From NCBI GenBank assembly GCA_048882485.1, contig JBHLRP010000006.1, forward strand, positions 1 through 64,000: a stretch of DNA of 64,000 bases, read 5' to 3'. A program made the translations under genes and the position numbers. This document shows, one piece after another, positions 10,301 to 18,696 of this stretch; position 1 is the stretch's first letter, and every line of letters starts with the position of its first letter. This stretch comes from Candidatus Thorarchaeota archaeon (GTDB lineage Archaea > Asgardarchaeota > Thorarchaeia > Thorarchaeales > Thorarchaeaceae). Below the pieces are notes generated by a model. The model was given only the letters and a program-made list of their open reading frames with translations. It did not search any database and was not told the origin of the DNA.

Positions 10301-10751
10301 TCTAGATCCAAGAGAGGCTTCAACTAAGCTACAAAATGGCAAATCCGTTGAGGTCGAGGTGAATGGAGAGAAGTTCGACATACTACCTGGGGAAGTCGAA
10401 GTGATAGTTGAGGCCAAAGAGGGATTCTCGACAGCTTCCGAGGGAGGATACCTTGCTGCTCTGACAACGGAATTGACACGGGAACTAGAACTTGAAGGAT
10501 TGGCACGAGAATTCGTAAGACGGGTTCAAGATGTGCGCAAGTCTGCCGATCTGAATGTCAATGATAGGATAGAGGTCCAATATTCATCAAGCAGCCGATT
10601 AGCCAAAGCGGTTGAGTTCCATCAGCAATACATCACAGAAGAAACGCTAGCGACCAGCGTGAAACAGGTTAAGAAACCGGGTGGGGACTTCCAAGAGGAA
10701 TACAAATTCGGCCAGGAGAAGCTTGTGGTAGCGATAGCTCTCAGTGAATAG
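7398..10751 (+). CDS. ileS: isoleucine--tRNA ligase, IleRS2 type
   Basis: DGPITANNPMGVHH, GFDCQGL, WTTTPWTL, GTGIVHIAP, DWMISKKRYWG, EMHKS, NWYLRRSRRRFW and IleRS2-type C-terminal domain (EGLAREFVRRVQ). Confidence 0.96.
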   Translation: MFKPVSSQVDFVAQEKEMLKFWEAQQIFEKLRKLRAKGSIWSFIDGPITANNPMGVHHGWGRTYKDLYHRFKAMQGHHTRYQNGFDCQGLWVEVNVERDMGFKGKQDIEDFGLEKFIIMCKQRVLKYAAVMTEQSKRLGFWMDWDNLETLKTLHDALDDDPLAVMTLQGVDGPVTGTVEQLVGRLGMPELGGSYYTFSEENNYTIWTVLKSCHDRGWIYKGRDVMPWCARCGTAISQHEIVTEGYRELTHPSITLRFPLVDRPRESLLIWTTTPWTLSSNVAAAVGPELTYVKVRQGKEVFYLSRGTLHMLKGDYEVEEELLGFDIEGWTYHGPFDELPAQKESGVSGKHKVILWDEVGEEEGTGIVHIAPGCGAEDFQLSKEFDLVAIAPLTENGIFIEGFDWLSGMNVKEVAQPIFDNLTEKGLTYKVEDYTHRYPVCWRCQEELVFRLVDEWFISMGTKLDVPYEEVTEEQKDENLRYQIMEVVTEETNWYPSFGKERELDWLRNMDDWMISKKRYWGLALPIWECTSCSHFEVVGSREELQERAVVGWDAFEGHSPHRPFIDEIEIECSECGERMKRIPDVGNPWLDAGIVAMSTMRYNSDRKYWNKWFPADLISESFPGQFRNWFYSLLAMSTILERKAPFRNVFTYALLTADDGREMHKSWGNMIEFNEAADSMGVDVMRWLYCLHKPEKDLAFGYARGDEVRRHFLIPLWNVYSFFVTYALIDGWIPEKDLKTAPSLLDRWILSRMNEVTREVTAYLESYEPNMAAAVVDRFIDHLSNWYLRRSRRRFWVEAGSSDEEDADKNAAYDTLYQVLVKLSRLLAPFVPFVSEVMHQNLVRNVDSDAPESVHHCEWPVSDSVDEALNSEMALVLRLVSLGHAARNKANRKLRQPLSEIAFAVGLDKERDVVTRYAELIGNELNVKNVRLLDVTAEVVSYQLKPLPKQLGQKYGSQFPALRNAILSLDPREASTKLQNGKSVEVEVNGEKFDILPGEVEVIVEAKEGFSTASEGGYLAALTTELTRELELEGLAREFVRRVQDVRKSADLNVNDRIEVQYSSSSRLAKAVEFHQQYITEETLATSVKQVKKPGGDFQEEYKFGQEKLVVAIALSE

Positions 10752-10773
10752 TTGAGATAGGCCGAACAGAGTG

Positions 10774-12105
10774 TCATAGTCCTCCTGGCTTTCTCAAGAG
10801 CACATCGATCAGAGTATGATAGAAATTAGCGTTCTCCTCTATTGAGGAAACTGATACCCACTCATTCGGCCCATGCGTGTTACCACCACGGGGGCCAAAG
10901 TCGAATAGCTCACATCCCTCTCCAGCAAAGAAGCGAGAATCAGAGGCGCCATATCCCTCTATCACCCTGTGGGGAATCTGTTCCTTTTCAAGCGCCCAAC
11001 GTGCGGCTCGTATCAGGCGCGAGTTTGGATCAGTGTCGACATATCCGACGCCAGGGCTCACACGCAATGAGAACAGATCAACACGCCCCTCCAGTGCTCT
11101 CTGAATCGCCCTCTCCACAGCTTCTCCGTCATTTGTCATTGCACGAATATCACAATAAAGAGTCCAGAGATCACCCTCAATAGATAACAGATTGGGCGAA
11201 ATTATTCTTCCGTGGTCTGAATGTTCTGTTGGAAAGGCTGCGTTTGATAAGGGAAGAAGTGCTCTCATAAGGCCAGATAGAGCTTCGTCGTATTCTGATT
11301 CTGGTTGTGACTCATCGGGATGGAGGAGGTCAACCTCAATCCATCCAGGTACGACATTCGATTTCAGGAAAGCACCTCTAACATCCTTCACGACAGTGTA
11401 AGGGTTTACATCAAGATATTTGGAGGCAGCAAGCATCGCATGCCGGTCCACGCTTGGCCGCATGTAAGCTGAGTGCCGAGATGTTGAGCCGAAAACATCG
11501 GTCTCAAATCTAATTGTTTCTGCTCTGCCTCGCATCTTAGCTACAGATTTCTTTGCCTTGATGTAGGTAGGCAACACATTCCGTCGGCGATGAATGATTT
11601 GCTGGCCAACACTATCAGTTATGACTGCATAGTCTGGAAAAAGACCCTGCTTGATGAGATGTTCCTTGAGCTTGAAAGCGCCATTTCTTCCGCCAATCTC
11701 CTCATCACCGCTGGCAGCGATGATAACAGTGCACGGGAATGCGCTCTCTTTCAGTCTATCCGCCAAGAGAAGAAGTGACACGATATTTCCCTTGTTGTCG
11801 GATGAGCCTCGGCCATAAGCAACATCTCCATCAACACGGAGCTTGAAGGGATCAGACTCCCAACCTTCGCCCACAGGAACAACATCAAAATGGGCCAGGA
11901 AGAGTATTTTGAACTCGCCTTGGCCATACCGACCATAGACCGTGTGATAATTCTCAAACTCGATTATTTCTGGGATGAAACCAGCGTCTTCAAGTCTGTT
12001 GCCGATATATTGTGCGCAGTCGAGGTTTGCTCTTTTATCCAGTGGATCACTTATTGTCTGAAATGACACCAATGTTTCCAGTTCTTCTACAACATCCCCG
12101 TTCAT
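10774..12105 (-). CDS. M20 family metallopeptidase/deacylase (DapE/ArgE-like)
   Basis: AHFDVVP, YGRGSSDNKG, DEEIGG, GASD, HGPNE; start taken at MNGDVV. Confidence 0.88.
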   Translation of the reverse strand: MNGDVVEELETLVSFQTISDPLDKRANLDCAQYIGNRLEDAGFIPEIIEFENYHTVYGRYGQGEFKILFLAHFDVVPVGEGWESDPFKLRVDGDVAYGRGSSDNKGNIVSLLLLADRLKESAFPCTVIIAASGDEEIGGRNGAFKLKEHLIKQGLFPDYAVITDSVGQQIIHRRRNVLPTYIKAKKSVAKMRGRAETIRFETDVFGSTSRHSAYMRPSVDRHAMLAASKYLDVNPYTVVKDVRGAFLKSNVVPGWIEVDLLHPDESQPESEYDEALSGLMRALLPLSNAAFPTEHSDHGRIISPNLLSIEGDLWTLYCDIRAMTNDGEAVERAIQRALEGRVDLFSLRVSPGVGYVDTDPNSRLIRAARWALEKEQIPHRVIEGYGASDSRFFAGEGCELFDFGPRGGNTHGPNEWVSVSSIEENANFYHTLIDVLLRKPGGL

Positions 12106-12217
12106 GGTAGTTGAACAAGTCGCACAGCAGGACAAATATCCATCGAAAGCGTGTGACTATCAAAAAGAAAGGAGTTTGAGCGAAGAAGCGCTGGTCCTCG
12201 CTCACAATTGTTCTGAT

Positions 12218-14431
12218 TTAAGTCCGCTTGTAGACCCAACGACTCCAAGAACTTGTAGACGGCATCTCCTCTGGCATGCCTTTCCGTGCCCGAATCTCCA
12301 GAATCTTTTCTTCCTGCATATTTCCAGGCAATGGCTCGAATCCTCGAAACTCATAGCCAAAAAAGCTTCTACCGGCAGCAGCACTGCGAAACTCATCTGC
12401 AATGCCAATTGTCTCCGCTGTTGGTAATGTTCCTCTGATTGTGACTGTGTCTTCCTCAGCCTCAATCGTAACAATCTGACCTCGATGACCAGTAAGCACT
12501 TTGATGATGCCCCCCTGCGTATCAGTCGGAGTCTTGATGTCTGCATTCAAAATGGGCTCGTAGAGACCTGCAGCACCAGTGAGGAAGCTCATGTTAAGAC
12601 CAGAACTGGTCATCGTGGCAACTTCGTTGTAGCCAGTGTGTGCAGGGTCAGTGTGAACCGTCGCATCTGTAAGTACTACCTTAACACCCATGACGGGCTC
12701 TTTTGCTATCGGTCCTTGGTCTATGAACTCACGAAATGTGGTTTCGAGATATGAGTAGATTCTGTCGAATCGCTGCACACCACTCATGGCATCGACAAGC
12801 ATGCTTGATTCGTAGATATCCAGAATCTTGCGAGCTTCCTTCGCATCCCATCCTGCCTCATCGCGGAGAATGGCTGCGCGCTCACGCGAGTTCATGTCCC
12901 TAGTAATCCTCTTCTTCTTAATGAGTTCGATAGTCTTCTCATCTAGAGGCTCTACGAACAGTCTTAGACGATTATGACCGTTTGGAGATTTCGTGTGAAA
13001 CTCCTGACCACGTTCGGTGATCTTCTCACGATAGACAATGATTGGCTCCGATATGATAATCTTCACCTGTTCGTTGATTCGTTTAGTCAGAATCTCAATT
13101 TGTAGAGGGTCTATTCCATCAAGACGGTACTCGCCAGATTCCTTATCATGAATGAATCTTGCTGTTGGATCAGCCATAATCCATTTTGAAACAACTTCAC
13201 CCAGTTTTGCAATGTCCTGAGGGTCAACTGGTTTGATGCTTCTGCTAACAACAGGTTCACTGACATACTCTATGGCCTCAAAGCCCTGCATATCAGAGTC
13301 CACCGTCACAAAAGACTCACCAGAAGGACACATGAATCCGAACACAGAGAACAGGTTCCCTGCTGGAACTTCATCCATAGGCAAAATGTCAGTAATCTCT
13401 TGAACACCTAGCCGTTTTACTGTAGCATTCTGCTTCATATTGACCAAGCGAATAGATTGCCCAGATTTAACAGTACCAGAAAAGACTCTCCCAATAAGAG
13501 TGGGTCTCTTGCTTTTCGGGTCGACGAAGATCTTGGTAATCATTCCAAGCAGAGGGCCATTGCGATCACACTCAAGAAGAGCCTTGCCTTCCACGCTTTC
13601 AAGATCACCCTTCCAGATGCGTGGAATCTTGTATTTTTGAGCCTCCTTTGGATCTGGAAGGTGGTTTACAATCATTTCCAGCAGGGCATCATCCAGAGGC
13701 AGGTTTTCCCTTAGCCATCTCTCATCACCTTCATTGTACTTCTCAAACACAACGATAGGCTGAATCTCCTTCTTTTGAAGTGTCTTCATAGTGAAGGCCC
13801 ATCCAGTCTTTGCACTACCAATCGCAACACTGCCGTCCTCGAACTTGACTCTCCAATCCTTCGCATATTCTTTGGGGGCAACCTTCTTGATGAGTTCGTT
13901 GACCTTTGCAACAATGATGTCAATTCTCTCGTAGACTTTCTTTGGAGGCAGTTTCAACTCGTTGATCAGCCTATCCACCTTGTTTACAAAAAGGACTGGC
14001 TTACATGCTTCTCCACCAACTGCAAGCCGAATGTTAGTTTCGGTCTGAGTCATCACTCCTTCAAGAGCATCAACTAGAATTACAGCCCCATCGCTGGCTC
14101 GCAGTGCACGAGAGACCTCACCAGTGAACGAAAGATGGCCCGGAGTATCGGAAAGCTGCACCAAATACTCTTCTCCATCAACTTCAAAGTTAAGCAGAAC
14201 AACAGAGGTGAAAATTGTGATACCTCTTTCCTGCTCTTCCTCGTCGCTATCCGTCATTAGAGCTTGACCCGCAGCGGCGTCACTCATAAGACCTGCACGG
14301 CGCATAAGATAGTCTGTGGTAGTAGTTTTGCCGTGATCGATATGAGCGCTGATTGAGATGATTCTCTTATGCTCATAATCGTCTGAAATAATGAGTCTCT
14401 TAATTGCGTCTGGGTCCTTAATCTTGACCAA
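12218..14431 (-). CDS. translation elongation factor EF-2 family GTPase, probably the aEF-2p paralog
   Basis: AHIDHGKTT, ERGITI, DTPGH, NKVD, SPNGHNR, IRARKG; domain IV tip reads HTDPAHTG rather than HRG; no S12/S7 neighbours; TTG start after SD AAGGTGA. Confidence 0.9.
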   Translation of the reverse strand: MVKIKDPDAIKRLIISDDYEHKRIISISAHIDHGKTTTTDYLMRRAGLMSDAAAGQALMTDSDEEEQERGITIFTSVVLLNFEVDGEEYLVQLSDTPGHLSFTGEVSRALRASDGAVILVDALEGVMTQTETNIRLAVGGEACKPVLFVNKVDRLINELKLPPKKVYERIDIIVAKVNELIKKVAPKEYAKDWRVKFEDGSVAIGSAKTGWAFTMKTLQKKEIQPIVVFEKYNEGDERWLRENLPLDDALLEMIVNHLPDPKEAQKYKIPRIWKGDLESVEGKALLECDRNGPLLGMITKIFVDPKSKRPTLIGRVFSGTVKSGQSIRLVNMKQNATVKRLGVQEITDILPMDEVPAGNLFSVFGFMCPSGESFVTVDSDMQGFEAIEYVSEPVVSRSIKPVDPQDIAKLGEVVSKWIMADPTARFIHDKESGEYRLDGIDPLQIEILTKRINEQVKIIISEPIIVYREKITERGQEFHTKSPNGHNRLRLFVEPLDEKTIELIKKKRITRDMNSRERAAILRDEAGWDAKEARKILDIYESSMLVDAMSGVQRFDRIYSYLETTFREFIDQGPIAKEPVMGVKVVLTDATVHTDPAHTGYNEVATMTSSGLNMSFLTGAAGLYEPILNADIKTPTDTQGGIIKVLTGHRGQIVTIEAEEDTVTIRGTLPTAETIGIADEFRSAAAGRSFFGYEFRGFEPLPGNMQEEKILEIRARKGMPEEMPSTSSWSRWVYKRT

Positions 14432-14459
14432 TTGGATTCACCTTATTTGCGAATAGTCT

Positions 14460-14518
14460 GACCCCAACTAAGTCATAGTTCCAAGAGAACTAGGTTGGGG
14501 TCACCGAAAACCTCGGTG
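14460..14518 (-). promoter_or_regulatory. two-hairpin 5' leader of the EF-2 gene
   Basis: CACCGA/UCGGUG and GACCCCAAC/GUUGGGGUC stems downstream of TATA TTTTAA (about 14550-14545). Confidence 0.5.
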
Positions 14519-14568
14519 GCTAGCGCGGAGAGCCTTACGGATTCTTAAAAGATTATCGTCATGGGACT

Positions 14569-15348
14569 CTATTTGGTGGCCACTACAACCATACGCTCAG
14601 AGTTTGCGGCATATGGCATCTTTGGAAGTTTGTTTTGCCCGTAGAGCTCGCTCTTGGAGAAGCCCACCTGATTTAAGAGCTCACGAATTTCAAGTGCAGT
14701 GTACATTCGGATGTCATTGCCAGCGAGTGCATCTTCATTCATCTCGATTATGCGACTATTAGCCACGTCAATGAATGATGCAGGACGCCCTCTCAGTACT
14801 CCTGATGGTGCATCAAGTACATGAGGCTCACTTAGCAGATAGCCTTCCTCTAGCTTTGTCCATGTCTTTTGGAAACGCGGAAGAGTGTAGGGGTTCATTA
14901 GGTCAAGAAGAAGTTTCCCGCCCTCAATGAGGGCATTGAATGATCCCTCAAGAACACGCTTGTTCTCATCATGATTAAAGAAGCCAAAGCTGTGACTGAG
15001 AAGCACCGCGGCATCAAACTGACTTGGAAAATCAATCTCCCTCATGTCGCCCGTCGAAAAATCCACCTCAAGATTGGCCTCAGCTGCTTTCTCCTTGGCA
15101 ATTTCAATGAGCTTTGTGGAAAGGTCAAACCCGGAAACAGTGATTCCGTGCTTTGCAAAGAGGATGCTCTGATCACCGGCTCCACAGGCTATGTCGAGCA
15201 GCTTCATTCCTTTTTTCAAGCTCAAGGCATCTAGGCAGAATTCAACGACCATCTCGTCATATTGCTGAATTCCCGGAATCATTTGACGATATTTGACCCT
15301 GAACACCTCAGCCCAGAATTCATCCCAGCCGAAATCAACGCGCTCCAT
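14569..15348 (-). CDS. class I SAM-dependent methyltransferase
   Basis: LLDIACGAG, GFDLS, GDMRE, FDA, SFGFF, L..GGKLLLD. Confidence 0.92.
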   Translation of the reverse strand: MERVDFGWDEFWAEVFRVKYRQMIPGIQQYDEMVVEFCLDALSLKKGMKLLDIACGAGDQSILFAKHGITVSGFDLSTKLIEIAKEKAAEANLEVDFSTGDMREIDFPSQFDAAVLLSHSFGFFNHDENKRVLEGSFNALIEGGKLLLDLMNPYTLPRFQKTWTKLEEGYLLSEPHVLDAPSGVLRGRPASFIDVANSRIIEMNEDALAGNDIRMYTALEIRELLNQVGFSKSELYGQNKLPKMPYAANSERMVVVATK

Positions 15349-15439
15349 GTTCGCTCACTCAGCGAATTTTCTGCGTGCAGGTTGATAAGAAGCTTGTTAT
15401 GAGATTGATAGCAATCATCGTTATCGAGAAGTAGGATAA

Positions 15440-15548
15440 TGTGGAGAAGACCCGCAGCCTGTTGATCTCCGCCGGGAGGGACGCAGACTGAAGCAACAGG
15501 AACACAAAGCGTGAACGCGGGCCTTGCGTCTCCAACTTTCTGAGACGG
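15440..15548 (-). ncRNA. candidate structured small RNA B
   Basis: TATA TTTATA (15564-15559) inside palindrome ACCTATA-AATC-TATAGGT; helices AAGGCCCGCG/UGCGGGUCUU and CCUGUUG/CAACAGG; G-U pairs favour the minus strand. Confidence 0.5.
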
Positions 15549-15704
15549 ATGTTTGACCTATAAATCTATAGGTTTTCGCTAAAATGCGCGCTGTGTTCGA
15601 AAAATCGAAAATCCTTTCTTTTAGTTTTATATAGCAAAAATCGAATTCAAATGTCCGTTTTTGACCGAATAAGAAGCCTAGTGAACGGAAATTGCGTAAA
15701 GGGG

Positions 15705-15780
15705 TGGTAGCCCCGCCAGGACTCGAACCTGGGTCCAGTGGGCCAGAACCACTGATGCTGGACCGCTACACCACGGGGCT
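15705..15780 (-). tRNA. tRNA-Gln(CUG), intronless, CCA encoded
   Basis: AGCCCCG acceptor stem (A1-U72), GTGTAGCGGT D-arm, anticodon arm CAGTGG-TT CTG GC-CCACTG, GGTTCGAGTCC T-arm, ACCA end. Confidence 0.96.
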
Positions 15781-15878
15781 TTTGATAGGGGATTGACCTC
15801 AGGGGCTTCGCTCACTCTGAACTCCAAATTACCTTTTCGGTCATGCTCGCTCGAAAGCAGCACATGGCAAATGATGGA

Positions 15879-16772
15879 TTAAACGCCGACCTTGTAGATG
15901 AGAGAGTCTCTGAGGATACGCTGGAACATTCTAAGGAGGTTCTTTCCTTCAGTGGCAACTGTGGCAAATACGGGATATCCTTCAAGGCCTAGCATCTGAA
16001 TCATGCGGTCCACTGGCAGAGCATTTGGCAGGTCTCGTTTGTTCAACGAAACTACAATGGGTAATGTTGCCAAGCGATCAGTCCCAAGTGCGATACGAAG
16101 CTCCTGTATTGATGCCAAGTTCTCATTCATCTGCTCAGGTGTGGAATCTGCCATGAAGATCATGCCATCTACTCCTCGAAGAACGTTTATCCGCTGAGTA
16201 GCATGTCTTCGTTGACCTGCCACTGTGAAAACATCAAAAATCACCTTTTCACCTGCAGAAACTGGTATGAAGTCAAAGTAGGTAGTCCGGCCCAGCTCGT
16301 CTGAAATCTCGACTATCTTCCCCTTGGCTAATGCCCTCACATTGGCAAAAAGCCATCTTAGTGCAGTAGTCTTGCCTGAGAGTGATGGGCCATAGAACAC
16401 GATTTTGATGTGGATACGCCCTTGCTCATCTCGTTTCAAGGCTTCTCCTGCAACAATCTCCGACACGGACTGAGGACGGATTCGGGCGGCTCGTGCAATA
16501 TTAGATGTTGCTTCTTCGTCAATCCTCAGCTCGGTTGTTTCTGTACTGGCAACAAGAGTTCCTGTTGGAAGTGGCTCACGAAGTCCTACACGTGGCGTTT
16601 CTCGAGGTGCTGTGAAAGGCTGGCCGGGGGCCGCCTCGATCTCTTCAGGAGGCGTTGTTTCACGAGGCTCTGCGGTTATCTTAGTTGTTTCAGGACGGGC
16701 AACTGGTGCATCCTCTAGCTTTGGCTCTTCCTTCTTTTTGCCTTTGAATCGAGAAGCCAGCCTCCTGAACAA
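15879..16772 (-). CDS. MglA-like small GTPase with N-terminal basic helix and Pro/Glu-rich linker
   Basis: G1 GPSLSGKTT, G2 GRTTYFDF, G3 TVAGQ, G4 NKRD; the MglA-type RT..FDF and TVxGQ variants. Confidence 0.88.
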   Translation of the reverse strand: MFRRLASRFKGKKKEEPKLEDAPVARPETTKITAEPRETTPPEEIEAAPGQPFTAPRETPRVGLREPLPTGTLVASTETTELRIDEEATSNIARAARIRPQSVSEIVAGEALKRDEQGRIHIKIVFYGPSLSGKTTALRWLFANVRALAKGKIVEISDELGRTTYFDFIPVSAGEKVIFDVFTVAGQRRHATQRINVLRGVDGMIFMADSTPEQMNENLASIQELRIALGTDRLATLPIVVSLNKRDLPNALPVDRMIQMLGLEGYPVFATVATEGKNLLRMFQRILRDSLIYKVGV

Positions 16773-16883
16773 TTAAAACCTCTCTCCAGAGTTTTACGGA
16801 GATGAAACCGGTCTTAAATCTTGGGGGGATTGTGTCCGCAGAGAGAGTGAGCTTTATCTGGCACTTCAACACGAAGACTAAGC

Positions 16884-18008
16884 ATGCCCGAAGCGATTGA
16901 CTCCGATTTTGTCCGGGAGATGTTTCCTACTTTATCAGACATGGCCTATCTCAATAATGCTGCAACTGGCATCCCACCGATGACATGCGTGACGGCCATG
17001 AAGGAGTACTTGGACAATAGAATAATAGCCAAGGGGGATTTTGACGAAACGCTTGAGAAAATAAAGGAGATTCGGGAACTCTTGGCGAATCTCCTGGGTG
17101 GAGCACGAAGGAACTTTGGGTTCATGCCCAACACTACATCGGGTGTAAACGCGTTTGCTCACAGCATAGAATATGCCAAGGGCTCTAATGTGGTGCTTTG
17201 CGACTTGGAGTTTCCAGCCAATTACATTCCTTGGCAACATCTTTGTAGACAGGAAGGAGTGGAGTTGAGAGTTGTGAAGTCAAAGGAAGGGGCCGCTCCA
17301 TCTGATGCCTTCAAGGAACTGGTTGACGAAAATACAAGAGTATTAGCGGTTAGTCAAGTGCAATTCGGTTCAGGATTTCGGTCAGACTTGAAAGCGCTTG
17401 CTGGGATCATTCACGATTCCGGGGGCTACCTTGTAGCTGACATCATTCAGGCTGCTGGATGGGCTGATACAAATCTCGTCAAGGAGGAAGTTGACTTTGC
17501 GGCAGGCCAGGCACCAAAATGGATGCTTGGCCCAATCGGAGCTGGCTATGTCTATGTAAGTGATAGGATTATAGATGATCTAACACCAAAGTACTTGGGT
17601 TGGTGGGGAGTCAAGGAATTGAGAGAGTTCGGTTACTTCGAGAGAGAACCATTTCTGGATGCAAAGATGTTCCAGATAGGGTCTCCAGCAATGATTGCGT
17701 ATGTCGGACTACTTGAGACTCTCCGAATGCTCACTTCACTGCCAGCAAGAGAACGTGAAAGAAAAGCGCTTGAAAATGCGGACTATCTTCGGAAACGTCT
17801 TCGTGAGAAAGGTATTGAATACTACGAATTCCAAGAGAATCATAGATCTCCTATTGTTTCATGTTCACCTGAAAATGTGGAACAGCTTGAGCAGAAGCTC
17901 AAGAAGAATAGAATCTACTGCTCAGTGCGTAATGGAAGACTCAGAGTTTCGCCGCATTTCTATAACAATGAAGGTGACATTGACAGACTAATGGAGCACA
18001 TGGGGTGA
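16884..18008 (+). CDS. aminotransferase class V (PLP-dependent) enzyme
   Basis: YLNNAATG, NTTSG, LEFPAN, D.IQAAG, PKWMLGP.GAG, LRVSPHFYN. Confidence 0.9.
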   Translation: MPEAIDSDFVREMFPTLSDMAYLNNAATGIPPMTCVTAMKEYLDNRIIAKGDFDETLEKIKEIRELLANLLGGARRNFGFMPNTTSGVNAFAHSIEYAKGSNVVLCDLEFPANYIPWQHLCRQEGVELRVVKSKEGAAPSDAFKELVDENTRVLAVSQVQFGSGFRSDLKALAGIIHDSGGYLVADIIQAAGWADTNLVKEEVDFAAGQAPKWMLGPIGAGYVYVSDRIIDDLTPKYLGWWGVKELREFGYFEREPFLDAKMFQIGSPAMIAYVGLLETLRMLTSLPARERERKALENADYLRKRLREKGIEYYEFQENHRSPIVSCSPENVEQLEQKLKKNRIYCSVRNGRLRVSPHFYNNEGDIDRLMEHMG

Positions 18009-18012
18009 CGAG

Positions 18013-18696
18013 ATGTTTAGGCAAGTCAGTGATAACATCTACATCAAAGTGAGCAACTCCTTTGACTCAAATATCATCTTCATCAACGGAGGAAAAAGAC
18101 AGATTCTAATCGACGCTGGGACTGGAATGAACCCAGGCGCGCTAAATCAAGACCTTGAGAAAATTGGCGCATCTGTGCAGGTATTGACAGACATCATACT
18201 CACTCATAGTCATATTGACCACATCGGTGGTGTTCTACCGATCATAGCAGAATACAGTCCTATATTGCATCTTCACAAATCAGAGGGTGACATGATCAAC
18301 TCTGGTGATATGAGATTGACTCTTTCTAACACTTTTGGAGTGGAACTACCACAGATTAAGATCGATAGCCTGCTTGAGGAAGGGCAAGACCTTTTCCTTG
18401 GTGATGTTTGCTTCAAGGTGTATAGCACTCCTGGTCACTCTATTGGTAGCATATGTCTGCATATCGAAAATCAGGGGATTCTAATAACTGGTGATACTCT
18501 ATTCCCAGGAGGAAGTTTCGGACGAGTTGACTTTCCTACAGGAGATCCTCACCAACTGGTTGAATCGTTGCGAAGAATCACAGAGTGGGATTTTGTCATT
18601 GCACTTCCGGGACACATGAATGCAATCACAAGTAATGCGAAACAACATGCAGAGGCATCATTTGCGATGGCAAGTAGAATGTTCAGGTACCAGTGA
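18013..18696 (+). CDS. metallo-beta-lactamase fold hydrolase (glyoxalase II-like)
   Basis: THSHIDHIGG, TPGHSIGS, TGDTLF, GRVD, PGH. Confidence 0.92.
   Translation: MFRQVSDNIYIKVSNSFDSNIIFINGGKRQILIDAGTGMNPGALNQDLEKIGASVQVLTDIILTHSHIDHIGGVLPIIAEYSPILHLHKSEGDMINSGDMRLTLSNTFGVELPQIKIDSLLEEGQDLFLGDVCFKVYSTPGHSIGSICLHIENQGILITGDTLFPGGSFGRVDFPTGDPHQLVESLRRITEWDFVIALPGHMNAITSNAKQHAEASFAMASRMFRYQ

Noticed and set aside
15600-15880. tRNA-Gln as an integration site
   Set aside because: No duplicated tRNA 3' end and no integrase in the window
16884-18008. Class V PLP enzyme as selenocysteine lyase or cysteine desulfurase serving SelD
   Set aside because: It lacks the RxGxHCA or SSGSAC persulfide loop and is about 12 kb from selD
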